This document shows, piece after piece, positions 24,497 through 37,454 of a DNA stretch of 64,000 bases (its first letter is position 1; each line of letters begins with the position of its first letter). This DNA comes from Anaeramoeba ignava BMAN (taxonomy: Eukaryota > Protista > Anaeramoebae). Location of the stretch: assembly GCA_028826165.1 (NCBI GenBank), contig JAPDFW010000123.1, forward strand, positions 1-64,000. The letters run 5' to 3'. A program made the translations under genes and the position numbers. The notes beneath the pieces are model-generated. The model was given only the letters and a program-made list of their open reading frames with translations, was not told where the DNA came from and did no database searches.

Positions 24497-26215
24497 ATGA
24501 ATCAAAAAATTTTTGATGATTTATTTAGATTTGATACTCCTTTAAATCCTAAAAATTTAAGAAGAGTTTCTTCTTTTAATGAAAATAGAAAAAAAACTCC
24601 AATTCAAAATAGAAAAGGAAATTCCAATAAAAATGGTGAACCAAAAACACCAATTTTTTCAAATAAAAAAAATAGAAATGAAAACAAAAACAATCTTAGA
24701 AATTCAAATTCAAGATCAAGATCAAGAACAAAAACAAGATCAACATCAAAATCACGATCCAAATCAAATCAAAAATCAAATTCCAAATCAAATTCAAAAA
24801 AAACTCCTCGTTGTGATCGTTTCATTCCAACAAGAAATGAAGATTTAAACATATCAAACTTCCATTTAACAAATGAGGAAACAATTTCTAATATCCAAGA
24901 AGAAGATACCCCCAAAAAAATACAATATAAAAATGCACTTACAACAAGTTTATTAATGAATGAAAATTTCAATACAAATCAATCAAATTTTTCTCAATCC
25001 AAAAAAAAAGAAGAACAAGATCCACATTTTTCAAATTTGGAGAATTCTAACCAAAAAGATTATAAAATATTGCGTTTCAAAGATAAAGCACCTCCACCAA
25101 GCCCAGGAATTCAACAATCAAATATTCTTTATTCACAAAACAAATTCGACAGTAAGAAAAAAAGCAGAACAAGTCGCGTAATTCCACAGGTCCCAGAAAG
25201 GATACTCGACGCACCAGACTTTGTTGATGATTATTACCTCAATCTTCTCGACTGGGGATCAGATTCAATTCTTGCCGTAGCTCTTGGACCAAGTGTGTAT
25301 TTATGGAACTCAAAGGATGCACAAGTTAGTGAACTATTTGAACCTGATGAAAGTGAAGAAGATGAGACGATAACGGCAGTGTCCTGGATTCAGTCCGGAA
25401 ACGTCATCGCACTGGGCAAGACTGACGGATGCGTTGAATTGTGGGATTGTGAAAAACAGATGAAAATTAGATCAATGGATGGACACTTGGCAAGAGTAGG
25501 TGCACTGAGTTGGAATTCCCATATATTATCAAGTGGCTCTCGCGATACAGCAATATTCCACCATGATGTCAGGATTGCTCAGCACAAAACAGCCGTTTTG
25601 AAAGGTCATTCACAAGAAGTTTGTGGATTGAAATGGTCACCTGATGGAAATCAATTAGCAAGTGGTGGAAATGATAATATTTTGAATATTTGGAATGCTC
25701 ATTCTCATACATCCCCAGAATTCATTTTGAGAGAGCACACCGCAGCAGTAAAAGCAATCGACTGGTGTCCTTGGCAACGATATTTGTTAGCCACTGGAGG
25801 CGGAACAGCAGATGCAAAAATCAAATTTTGGAATACTCAAAATGGTAACTGTTTGAATACAATTGATTCAGGCTCTCAAGTTTGCGCTTTGAAATGGTCA
25901 ACAACTCATCGCGAATTTGTTTCTTCTCACGGTTTTTCTCAATTCCAATTATCCGTTTGGAAATACCCTTCTTTGACTAAAATCACTGATTTAACTGGTC
26001 ATACTTCAAGAGTTCTTCAATTAGCTTTATCTCCTGATGGATCTACTGTTTGTTCTGTTGCTGGTGATGAAACTTTGAGATTTTGGAAGATTTTTTCTTC
26101 AAATGATTCTCTTAAATCAAATTCTCTTATTTCTGAAAAGAAGTTTAAACAAATTTCAAATCAAAATTTATCTAATCATAAAAAAGGAACTATTGAATAT
26201 TTTAATATTCGATAA
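24497..26215 (+). CDS. CDC20: APC/C activator Cdc20/Fizzy
   Basis: C-box DRFIP, KILR MAD2-binding motif, PERILDAP..DDYYLNLLDW, WD40 propeller and C-terminal IR tail. Confidence 0.96.
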   Translation: MNQKIFDDLFRFDTPLNPKNLRRVSSFNENRKKTPIQNRKGNSNKNGEPKTPIFSNKKNRNENKNNLRNSNSRSRSRTKTRSTSKSRSKSNQKSNSKSNSKKTPRCDRFIPTRNEDLNISNFHLTNEETISNIQEEDTPKKIQYKNALTTSLLMNENFNTNQSNFSQSKKKEEQDPHFSNLENSNQKDYKILRFKDKAPPPSPGIQQSNILYSQNKFDSKKKSRTSRVIPQVPERILDAPDFVDDYYLNLLDWGSDSILAVALGPSVYLWNSKDAQVSELFEPDESEEDETITAVSWIQSGNVIALGKTDGCVELWDCEKQMKIRSMDGHLARVGALSWNSHILSSGSRDTAIFHHDVRIAQHKTAVLKGHSQEVCGLKWSPDGNQLASGGNDNILNIWNAHSHTSPEFILREHTAAVKAIDWCPWQRYLLATGGGTADAKIKFWNTQNGNCLNTIDSGSQVCALKWSTTHREFVSSHGFSQFQLSVWKYPSLTKITDLTGHTSRVLQLALSPDGSTVCSVAGDETLRFWKIFSSNDSLKSNSLISEKKFKQISNQNLSNHKKGTIEYFNIR

Positions 26216-26291
26216 ATTTGAATAAAAAAAAAATATTTTAAAATTGAATTTTCATTTTTCATTTTTCATTTTTTTTCTTTATTAAATTTAA

Positions 26292-27163
26292 ATGGAAAAG
26301 AAATTTGATCCATTTTTAATACTTGGAGTTTCAAAAGATTCTTCATTAAATGAAATTAAGAAAAAATATCACAAATTAATACTTGAATATCATCCAGATA
26401 GATTAAATAAATCAAAAACAAATGAAAATTTAAATCAAAATCAAAAATCAAATTCAAAATGAAAATCAAATTGAAATTCAAAATGAAAATCAAATTCAAA
26501 TTCAAAATCAAAATCAAAATCAAAATCAAATTCAAAATCAAAATCAAAATCAAAATCAAATTCAAAATCAAAATCAAAATCAAAATCAAATTCAAAATGA
26601 AAAATCAAATTCAAAATGAAAATCAAATTCAAATTCAAAATGAAAATCAAAATCAAAATCAAAATCAAAATCAAAATCAAATTCAAAATCAAATTCAAAA
26701 TGAAAATGAAAATTTAAATCAAAATCAAAATCAAAATCAAAATCAAATTCAAAATGAAAATAAATTTATTGAAATTCAAAATGAAAATCAAAATGAAAAT
26801 CAAAATGAAAATTTAAATCAAAATCAAAATGAAAATGAAAATAAATTTATTGAAATTCAAAAAGCTTGGGAAATTTTAAGTAATCAAAAACTTAGAGAAG
26901 ATTATGAATTAAAAAATAAATCAAATATTTTGGAAAATGATTCTGAAAATGAATTGGAACAAGATGCACCTTTAATTGGAAGTATTAGTATTGATGATAT
27001 GGATTGGGATGGAATTAAAAATTGTTTTTGGTATCCTTGTCCTTGTGGTGGAAGATTTGAAATTTTAGAACAAGAATTAGATCTTGGAATTGATATTGCA
27101 ATTTGTGATTCTTGTTCTTTAGGAATTCGTGTTTTATTTGAAGTTATTACAGAAGATAAATAA
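26292..27163 (+). CDS. DPH4: Diphthamide biosynthesis J-protein Dph4 (J-domain + CSL zinc finger) with an Asn/Gln/Glu insertion
   Basis: ATG at 26292 gives MEKKFDPFLILGVSKDSSLNEIKKKYHKLILEYHPDR; after the repeat come KFIEIQKAWEILS and YPCPCGG...CDSCSL. Two extra-A frameshifts lie in the repeat (~26441, ~26600). Confidence 0.9.
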
Positions 27164-27189
27164 ACTTTAGAAAGCTTTTTTTTTCTTTC

Positions 27190-29010
27190 AAATTGAAATA
27201 AATTGAAATAAATTGAAATAAATTGAAATAAATTTGGAATAAATTGAAATAAATTGGAAATAAATATGAAATAAATTGAAATAAATTGAAATAAATTGGA
27301 ATAAATTGAAATAAATTGGAATAAATTGAAATAAATTGAAATAAATATGAAATAAATTGAAATAAATTGAAATAAATTGAAATAAATTGAAATAAATTGA
27401 AATAAAATGGAATAAATTGGAATAAATTGAAATAAAATGAAATAAATTGAAATAAAATGAAATAAATTGAAATAAATTGAAATAAATTGAAATAAATTGG
27501 AAATAAATTGAAATAAATTGAAATAAATATGAAATAAATATGAAATAAATTGAAATAAAATGAAATAAATATGAAATAAATTGAAATAAAATGGAATAAA
27601 TTGAAATAAATTGAAATAAATTGGAAATAAATTGAAATAAATTGAAATAAAATGAAATAAATTGAAATAAATTGAAATAAATTGAAATAAATTGAAATAA
27701 ATTGAAATAAATTGAAATAAATTGAAATAAATTGAAATAAATTGGAATAAATTGGAAATAAATTGAAATAAATTGAAATAAAATGAAATAAATTGAAATA
27801 AAAGGAAATAAATTGAAATAAATTGAAATAAATTGAAATAAATTGAAATAAATTGAAATAAATTGAAATAAATTGAAATAAAATGAAATAAAATGAAATA
27901 AATTGAAATAAATTGAAATAAATTGAAATAAATTTGAAATAAATTGAAATAAATTGAAATAAATTGAAATAAATTTGAAATAAATTGAAATAAATATGAA
28001 ATAAATTGAAATAAATTGAAATAAATGGAAATAAATTGAAATAAATATGAAATAAATTGAAATAAATTGAAATAAATTGAAATAAATTGGAATAAATTGA
28101 AATAAATTGAAATAAATTGATAAAAAATTGGAATAAATTGAAATAAATTGAAATAAATTGAAATAAATTGGAATAAATTGAAATAAATTGAAATAAATTG
28201 AAATAAATTGAAAATAAATTGAAATAAATTGAAATAAATTGAAATAAATGGAAATAAATTGAAATAAATTTGAAATAAATTGAAATAAATTGAAATAAAT
28301 TGGAAATAAATTAAAATAAATTGAAATAAATTGAAATAAATGGAAATAAATTGGAATAAATTAAAATAAATTGAAATAAAATTGAAATAAATTGGAATAA
28401 ATTGAAATAAATTGAAATAAATTGAAATAAATTGAAATAAATTGAAATAAATATGAAATAAATTAAAATAAATTGAAATAAATTGGAATAAAATGAAATA
28501 AATTGAAATAAATTGAAATAAATTGAAATAAATTGAAATAAATTGAAATAAAATGAAATAAATATGAAATAAATTGAAATAAATTGAAATAAATTGAAAT
28601 AAAATGAAATAAATTAAAATAAATTGAAATAAATTGAAATAAATTGAAATAAATTGAAATAAATTGAAATAAATTGAAATAAATTGAAATAAATTGAAAT
28701 AAATTGAAATAAATTGAAATAAATTGAAATAAATTGAAATAAATATGAAATAAATTGAAATAAATTGAAATAAATATGAAATAATATGAAATAAATATGA
28801 AATAAATTGAAATAAATTGAAATAAATGGAAATAAATTGAAATAAAATGAAATAAAATGAAATAAAATGAAATAAATTGAAATAAATTGAAATAAATTGA
28901 AATAAATATGAAATAAATTGAAAAAAATTGAAATAAAATGAAATAAAATGAAATAAATTGAAATAAATTGAAATAAATTGAAATAAATTAAAATAAATTA
29001 AAATAAATTA
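27190..29010. repeat. Intergenic satellite, 10-bp unit AAATTGAAAT (~180 copies)
   Basis: Near-perfect tandem decamer over ~1.8 kb. Confidence 0.97.
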
Positions 29011-29054
29011 ATAAAAAATTTTTCATTTTTCATTTTTCTCATTTGTTAAAAAAA

Positions 29055-32000
29055 ATGGCAGCTTTTTTATTATTAAAAGTTTCTTTTCCTTATAAACAAA
29101 CAACAAAAATGATGAAATTTACACCATTAACTTTAGTAGAAGAAGTTAAAGAACAAATATGTACAAGAGAAGGAATTGAAAATCCAGAATCATTTGGACT
29201 TTTTTGTACAACAGGAAATGGTTTTTGGTTAGAAGATAAACAACCAATTTTTGGTTATGAACTTTGGAATGATGTATTTATTAAAGAGAATTTTAAATTG
29301 AAATAAAAAAAGCAAAAAAAATTTTCAATTAAAAATTTCAATTCAAATTTTCCAATTAAAAAGAAAACGGTTGAATTTAAAAAAAATATTTTCAGAAATT
29401 TAAATATTGTTTATTTGGGTGAATTATATACAGTTCCTATTGATGAAATACTTTCAGTTTCAAAACAAATTCCAATTATAACAAGAAATTTGGGAATTAC
29501 AAATTATCTTAATTTTGTTTTTGTTTATCAAGGAAGTAAGAAAATAATTTAATCATTTAAAAAAAATTATTTTTTTTCTTTTTAATATTTTTTCTTCATT
29601 TTTTTTTTAGGATTTTTAAATGAAAATAAGAATTTCTTTGAACAAGAAATTGAAGATATTGATAAAGCAGAAATTATTTTAAAAAAAGATATTCCACTTT
29701 CAGTTAAAAAAATTGAAATTGATGCAAATAAAAAGAAAAAAGTATTTTTGAAAAACAAAATTCATTTGAAAAATTTATTTGGAAAATTTTAAAACAAAAA
29801 AATTAAAGAAAAAAGATGAAATTATTTCAAATCCAATTTTTCAAAAACCTCTTCATGTTGCTTTAACAAGAGGAGAAAAAGTATTAGAAGTGCCAACAAT
29901 TCTTACTAAACCTTTTGAATATGTAGAAAAATTTGGTAAATAAAAAATGAAATTGAAAAAGAAATGATTTAATTTAAATTTTTTAATTGAATTTTTATGA
30001 AAAAAAATTCAGGAATGGATGTTGAAGGAATTTATAGGAAATCAGGAGGAAAAAATACAATTGAAAAATTAAAGGATCTTTTTGATAAAAGTGAATATTT
30101 AAAATAAAATTAAAATTAATTTATAAATTAAAATTAAAATGAAAATTAAAATAATTAAAATTAAAATTCATTTGAAAAGGTGATGATTTTAATTTTCAAG
30201 AATTGGTTTCTTCTCCTCATGATGCAACTGGTGTTTTCAAATTATATCTTCGAGAATTACCAGAACCTCCACTTACTTGGGAACTTTATGATAAATTTAT
30301 TGAAGCTGATGGTGAATATTTAAAAACAAATTTAATTCAAAATGGAAATTTAATTTAAAACAAATTTAATTCAATTTAATTTAAAACAAATTTAATTCAA
30401 TTTAAAAACAAATTTAATTCAAAATGGAAATTTAATTCAAAATGGAAATTTAATTCAAAATGGAAATTTAATTTAATTTAAAACAATTTTAATTCAATTT
30501 AATTTAATTCAAAATGGAAATTTAATTCAAAACAAATTTAATTCAAAATGAAAATTTAATTTAATTTAAAACAATTTTAATTCAATTCAATTTAATTCAA
30601 AACAAATTTAATTTAATTCAATTCAAAACAAATTTAATTTAATTCAATCCAAAACAAATTTAATTTAATTCAATTTAATTTAATTTAATTCAATTTAATT
30701 TAATTTAATTCAATTTAATTTAATTCAATTCAAAACAAATTTAATTTAATTCAATTCAAAACAAATTTAATTTAATTTAATTTAATTTAATTTAATTTAA
30801 TTTAATTTAATTTAATTTAATTTAATTTAATTTAATTTAATTCAAAACAAATTCAATTTAATTTAAAACAAATTCAATTTAATTCAATTTAATTCAATTT
30901 AAAATGGAAATTTAATTTAATTTAAAACAATTTTAATTTAATTCAAAATGGAAATTTAATTTAATTTAAAACAATTTTAATTCAATTTAATTTAATTTAA
31001 AATGGAAATTTAAAGAAATTCCTGAAAATTGGGAAAGAGTCAAACAATTAAGAAGATTAGTTTATTCACTTCCAACTCCAAATTTTAATGCTGTTAAATG
31101 TATTTGTGAACATATGTTTAAAGTTTCTCAATATTCAGCTCAAAATCAAATGGGAATATCCAATTTAGCAATGCTTATGGGACCAAATTTATTAAGAAGT
31201 CCTGATGAATCAATGTCTGCTGTTGTTACTGATACAAGACATCAATATTCAATTTGTGCAACTTTAATTTCTGAATATGAATATATGTTTTATGTATTTT
31301 AGAAAGAATTTTAATTTTAATTTCAATTTTAATTTTAATTTTAATTTTAATTTTAAATTTAATTTTAATTTTAATTTTAATTTTAATTTTAATTTTAATT
31401 TTAATTTTAATTTTGATTTTAATTTTAATTTTAATTATAATATTAAATTTTAATTTTAATTTTAATTTTAATTTTAATTTTAATTTTAATTTTAATTTTA
31501 ATTTTAATTTTAATTTTAATTTTAATTTTAATTTTAATTTTAATTTTAATTTTAATTTTAATTTTAATTTTAATTTTTAATTTTAATTTTAATTTTAATT
31601 TTAATTTTAATTTTAATTTTAATTTTAATTTTAATTTTAATTCTAATTTTAATTTATATTTTAATATTGATTTTAAATTGAAATAGAATAAAGAAAAAAG
31701 TTTTTATCCACCATTTGCAAAAGTAGTATATGAATTTCAAGCAAGTGAAAAAGGAGAATTAACAATCAAAGTAGGAGAAATAATCGAAGTAGTAAAAAGT
31801 GATGATTCAGGATGGTGGGTAGCAAGAGGACCAAATAAAAAACAAGGATTAATACCATCTTCTTATGTGGAAATTGTTCCTGATTATATTCCTCCTCCAA
31901 GAGTTAAAAGAAAACAAGTTCAAGGAAAACAATCCAAAAAACAACATATTCAATCACAAATTCAAATTTTAAAAGATTCTTTAAATGAAGAACTTAAAAT

Positions 32001-32142
32001 TAAAAGTGAATTGCAAACTGAAAAAAAAGAATTGGAATCGATTTTAAAAGAAATTCATGATTCAATTCAACAAGAAATACAACTTACTATTAAAATTGAA
32101 AATCTTATTAAAGCAAAACATGGTGATGATATTTTGAAATGA
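29055..32142 (+). CDS. RhoGAP protein with N-terminal ubiquitin-like (talin/FERM F0-like) region, SH3 domain and C-terminal coiled coil, multi-exon
   Basis: Spliced exons give GMDVEGIYRKSG, HDATGVFKLYLRELPEPPLT and NQMGISNLAMLMGPNL (RhoGAP); AKVVYEFQASEKGELTI...SGWW...GLIPSSYVEI (SH3); N-terminal TTKMMKFTP...FGLF...GFWLE. Confidence 0.9.
30312..31015 (+). repeat. Repeat-expanded intron (TTTAA / TTCAAAAC units) in the RhoGAP gene
   Basis: GT at 30312 and AG at 31015 restore the frame (ADE-IPENW). Confidence 0.85.
31294..31686 (+). repeat. Repeat-expanded intron (TTTTAA)n in the RhoGAP gene
   Basis: GT at 31294 and AG at 31686, phase 0, joining RhoGAP to SH3. Confidence 0.85.
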
Positions 32143-32217
32143 AATCAAATAATTTTTTTCATTTTTCATTTTCATTTTTCATTTTTTTAAAAAAATAATA
32201 AATTTAATAAAAGAAAA

Positions 32218-35105
32218 ATGAATGATATTTTATTTTTTGGAAGAAATTTATTCCCAAATCTTTTACAAAAAGAATCAAAAAATATAACAAAATCAGTTAA
32301 AATTAAAATTCAATTTGAAAATCAAAATGAAAATGAAAATCAAAATGAAATTGAAAATGAAAATCAAAATGAAAATGAAAATCAAAATGAAAATGAAAAT
32401 GAAAATCAAAATCAAAATGAAAATAAAAATGAAAATCAAAATCGAAAATAAAAATGAAAATGAAAATCAAAATCAAAATGAAAATGAAAATGAAAATGAA
32501 AATCAAAATGAAAATCAAAATGAAAATGAAAATCAAAATGAAAATGAAAATCAAAATCAAAATGAAAATGAAAATCAAAATGAAAATGAAAATGAAAATG
32601 AAAATGAAAATCAAAATCAAAATGAAAATGAAAATGAAAATGAAAATCAAAATGAAAATGAAAATGAAAATGAAAATGAAAATGAAAATCAAAAATCAAA
32701 TGAAAATGAAAATGAAAAATGAAAAAATCAAAAAAATGAAAATGAAAATGAAAATGAAAATGAAAAAATAAAAAAAATGAAAATGAAAATGAAAAATGAA
32801 AATGAAATCAAAAAATGAAAATGAAAATAAAAATGAAAAAATGAAAATGAAAATGAAAATGAAAATGAAAAATGAAAATGAAAATGAAAATGAAAATGAA
32901 AATGAAAATGAAAAATGAAAATGAAAATGAAAATGAAAATGAAAATGAAAATGAAAATGAAAATGAAAATGAAAATGAAAATGAAAAATGAAAATGAAAA
33001 TGAAAATGAAAAATGAAAACGAAATGAAAATGAAAATGAAAAATGAAAATGAAAATGAAAATGAAATGAAAATGAAAATGAAAATGAAAATGAAAATGAA
33101 AATGAAAATGAAAATGAAAATGAAAAAAAATCAAAATGAAAATGAAAATGAAAATGAAAATGAAAATGAAAATGAAAATGAAAATGAAAATGAAAATGAA
33201 AATGAAAATGAAAATGAAAATCAAAATGAAAATGAAAATGAAAATAAAAATGAAAATCAAAATGAAAATGAAAATGAAAATGAAAATGAAAATGAAAATG
33301 AAAATCAAATTGAAAATCAAATTGAAAATGAAAATGAAAATGAAAATGAAAATGAAAATGAAAATGAAAATGAAAATCAAAATGAAAATGAAAATGAAAA
33401 TGAAAATGAAAATGAAAATGAAAATGAAAATGAAAATGAAAATGAAAATGAAAATGAAAAACAAATTAAACAAATTTCAACAGGAGAATATTCAACAATT
33501 TTCCTTTTTAAAAATGGAAAAGCAATAGAATATTTAAGAGAAAAAGATTCAAATCAAAATCCTGTAAAAATCCAAATTGAAAATATTCAAAAAGTAACTA
33601 TTGGTGATTTAAATGAAGCTATTTTAACAATAGAAAGAAATGTATTTGCCAAAGGAAAAGATATTAATCCAAATAACCCAAATGAATTTATCAATATTTC
33701 ATCATTAATTGAAGATACAAATGATAGAATAATTGAAGATATTGTTTCTGGAGCTCATTCAATTTACTTATTAACTTCAAATCAAAATGCTTATGGAATT
33801 GGTTCAAACAAATATGGTCAACTTGGTTTTGATTCTGAAACACTTGAAAAAACAGAAAAACCAATTTTAATGATGAAAAATGTTTCTAAAATATTTTCAG
33901 GAAATACTTCAAATCATGTTTTTCTTTTAAATTCAAATCAAGAATTATTTGGATGTGGTGATAATAAATATGATAAAGTTGGATTAGGAGAATCAAGCAA
34001 AGAAGAAACAAAAATCCGAAAATTAACCAAAATCCAAAATATTCCAAAAGGCAAAATAATTGATATTCAATGTGGATATTTTCATTCAATAATGTTGATT
34101 GAAAATGAAAATGAAAATCCAAAAAGAAAACTTTATTCATGTGGAAATTGGCAATTAAATGGACTTAGGAAAGATGAAGATACTTGTGAATTTACTGAAA
34201 TTAAATCATCTTTATTTGAAAATGATGATAATATTATTGATTTTTCTGTTGGAAATGTTCATACTTTGATTTTAACTTCTAATTCAAAATTAATTGGATT
34301 TGGTTTAAATAATTTTGATCAATTAGGAAGTAATAATGGATTTTTCTTTTCAATTCCAAATCAAATTGAACTTCCTAAATTAAGATTTAATGAAGATATT
34401 TCCAATTATCATGTTCTTTGTGGAGATTTCAATTCATTTATTTATTATTCTCATCTTTCTTTTTCCAATCTTGAAGAAGATTTGATAAAATTATTTGAAA
34501 GAAAAGAATTTTGTGATATTTCATTTAAAACCAAAAATGAAGAAATAATCAAAGCTCATAAATTAATATTAAAATATAGATTAAATCAAAATCAAAATCA
34601 AATTGGAAAACTTAAAGAAATAATTTCAAAAAAATCAATTAAAGAATCAAATCAAATATTTGAAATGATTTATTCAAATAATTCCAAAATAAATCCAAAA
34701 TTATATTCCGAAATTAAAGAAATTATAAATTTAAATGAAAAAATTGAAGAAACAATTAAAAGAATTTATTTAAATGAAAATGAAAAAGATTTTATAATTG
34801 AAAGAAAAGAAAAACAATATAAATTCCCAAAATTAATATTAATAATGAGAAGTGAATTATATCGAGGAATGTTTTTATCTGTAACAAATGATACTTCTAA
34901 TAAAGTTACAGATTATAGTGAATTAAGTAATAAATCATTTCAAATATTTGAATATTGGATTTATTCAAATCAAATTAAAGAAGAAATTAAAATTACACAA
35001 GAAATAATCGATGAATTTAAAATTGGAATTGATTATTTTCAATTAAATCAAACAAATCCAAATTTATTAGATTTATTAATTAAAAAATTTAATAATCAAA
35101 ATTAA
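32218..35105 (+). CDS. RCC1-like repeat + tandem BTB protein with a ~1.15-kb poly(Glu-Asn) insertion
   Basis: RCC1-like blades (GIGSNKYGQLG, GCGDNKYDKVG, IQCGYFHS, GFGLNNFDQLG); BTB units (EFCDISF...AHKLIL; RSELYRGMF). The N-terminus starts at 32218 and the frame is broken several times inside the (GAAAAT)n tract. Confidence 0.85.
32316..33460 (+). repeat. (GAAAAT/CAAAAT)n hexamer microsatellite within the coding region
   Basis: Directly visible; contains no GT donor, so it is not a canonical intron. Confidence 0.95.
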
Positions 35106-35157
35106 AAAAAAAATTAAAATTAAAAATTAAAATTTAGAAAATTCTTTATTTGTGATT

Positions 35158-35763
35158 TCAAAAATCTCGAATTAAAGAAGATAATATATCTTCTTCTGTT
35201 TTAAGAATATCTCTTCCATTTTCTTCATAAAAAGAACAAAAATCATTATAAGAAAGAGAAGGAAAAATATCTTTAAAAATACCAAAAGCATAAATTTCTT
35301 CAGAAATTGAAGGTTTTTCAAATCCAAATAAATCAACCTCACTTTTAAGTAATTGTTTGAAAAAGGAAATATTTGGACGAATTGCAGTTCTTCTTTCTTT
35401 GACAAAATCAAATGCCTCTTTGAGTGTCTTTTTTTGAGATTTCATTAAATAATAAATAATAATTGTTGGAGATCTTGAAATTCCTGCATCACAATGAACA
35501 TAAACTTTCCCATTGTTTTTAATACTTGAATCAATAAATTCAAATGAAGAATCAAAATAATCAGAAATTTGAACTCCTAAATCATCTTCAATTTTGATTG
35601 TTTTATATGTGAATTGCGATTTATATGGTGTTTCTCCTTCTTTTGTTACATTCAAAATGTGTGTGATTCCAATTTTAATTAAATTTTCAATATTTTTTTC
35701 TGCTACAAATCTTGGTCCTAAAAATAAATTTGGAAGAATTTGATTAAATGATTCAAATTGCAT
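35158..35763 (-). CDS. Atypical dual-specificity protein phosphatase
   Basis: QILPNLFLG, ITHILNVT, catalytic VHCDAGISRS and IRPNISF. Confidence 0.95.
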   Translation of the reverse strand: MQFESFNQILPNLFLGPRFVAEKNIENLIKIGITHILNVTKEGETPYKSQFTYKTIKIEDDLGVQISDYFDSSFEFIDSSIKNNGKVYVHCDAGISRSPTIIIYYLMKSQKKTLKEAFDFVKERRTAIRPNISFFKQLLKSEVDLFGFEKPSISEEIYAFGIFKDIFPSLSYNDFCSFYEENGRDILKTEEDILSSLIRDF

Positions 35764-35918
35764 AAAAGTTGTAAAAATGAGTTAAAATTTTTTCCAAAAA
35801 AAAAGACACGAACGAAAAATAAAGTAAAAAAAAATGAAAAAAAATGAAATGAAAAATTTCATGTAAAAAAAAAAATTTTTTGTTTTTGTTTTAATTTCAA
35901 AAATAAAACATTTCTTTT

Positions 35919-37369
35919 TTATATAAAATAAGTTTCAACTTCATCAACAATCCATGAATCATAAGAACCAGCTAAATAACTTTGAGCTTCATCTGTATCA
36001 TAAGTAATTCCATTTGGTGTATCATAAGCCCAACCAAAATCAGTACAACCAGTTTTTAAATCAGATTTTAAATACAAATCATGACCAAATCCAAAAATTG
36101 GACCAAAATTTGAATGATAATAAATAGCATTTCCTTCTTCTCCTTGTTTAACTGTAAATTTCTGAGATTCTCGATCATTCTTATCATTTCTTAGTGAAAA
36201 AATAAAAGCATCTGAATCGGAAATATATCTTCCATTAGATCCTGAAATCCATCCATTTTTTGTAAATCCTCCAAAAATAAAATTTTGAGTTGTTTTGATA
36301 ATAACTAATGTTTTTCCTTTATCATCAACTGTTGAATGCCATTTTGTACAATCAAATCCATCTTTTTTGGCTGAAAATCCCAGTTTCATTTTAGAAAAAA
36401 AATCATCATCATTTATCCATTCTTTGAGTATCTTGAAATGCTCTTTATCTTGAATTTTGGATAGTTTAAATCTTTTTCTTCTCTTGAAAATTAATGTGTC
36501 ATGATTTTCTTTTTCTTCTTCTTTTTCTTTGTGGATAAATTCTTCTAATTCTTGTTCATCTTCTTGATTTAGAAAAATAAGGAATTTGATTAATTTTTGT
36601 GAAATTTCATTTGGAATTAAATCTTCTTTTCAAAGTTTTAGCAATTTGTTGTTTTGAAAAATCAATAAATCTGATTTTATGAATAATATTTGAAATTTGA
36701 TTTTGTAATTTTTCTTTTTCAATTTCTTTTTCTTCATTAATATTTGATTTATGTTTCCCCCATTTTATTATTAATTCAAATATTTCAAATTCATCTGTTG
36801 CAATTTCATCATTTGATAATATTGAATTTAGATGATTTTCTTCAAGTTCAAGAAAAAATGAAGTTTTGATAAATTCTTCAAAATTTTCTAAAATAAATTG
36901 ATAAGAATAATCTATTAATTGATTTAAGTTTCTTGATTCAGATAATTTAAGAATATCAACAACAGTTTCAATTTGTAAGTTATTTTTGATAAAATTTGAA
37001 CAAGTTTCAATTAATTCATCAATTAAATATTTTGAAGAAAAAATTAAAATTTCTATTGCATTTTCTAAATTAATTTCAATTTTTCCTGAATAAAGATAAT
37101 TCAAAATTGGAAATAGAATTGGACTGGAAACATCTTTTAGAATTAATTTATTTTCTTGGTATTCTTTCATTTTAGAATTAAAAAGAGATTTAAAATAATC
37201 ACTTCTTGAAGAAAGAATTGATTTATGAGTTTTAAATGAAGTTTTATTTTGTTCACAAATTATTTCAAAATCAAAATAACTTTCTTCTTCTTTTTCATTT
37301 TGATTTTGGTTTTGAAATAAATTCTTTAAAATCATTTGAAAGTTTTTCTAAATTTGAATAATTTTCCAT
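35919..37369 (-). CDS. BTB-BACK-TLDc protein (two +1 frameshifts)
   Basis: ATG at 37369 (MENYSNLEKLSND); BTB HKSILSSRSDYF; BACK; TLDc KDGFDCTKWHSTVDDKGKTL...FIFGGFT...VETYFI. Removing one base at ~37330 and one at ~36630 gives one continuous ORF. Confidence 0.88.
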
Positions 37370-37454
37370 TTTAAATAAATTTTTAATAAATTTTTAAAAA
37401 AAATAAAAATGAAAAATAAAAATTCATTTTTTTCAAAACAAAAATAAAAAAAAA
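37370..37454. promoter_or_regulatory. Compact bidirectional promoter (BTB-TLDc / actin genes)
   Basis: 85 bp between divergent ATGs with AAAATGA (~37406) and TCATTTT (~37424). Confidence 0.6.

Noticed and set aside
32316-33460. The (GAAAAT)n tract as an intron or mobile element
   Set aside because: It has no GT donor, terminal repeats or target-site duplication, and both flanks read in the Glu-Asn frame of one protein.
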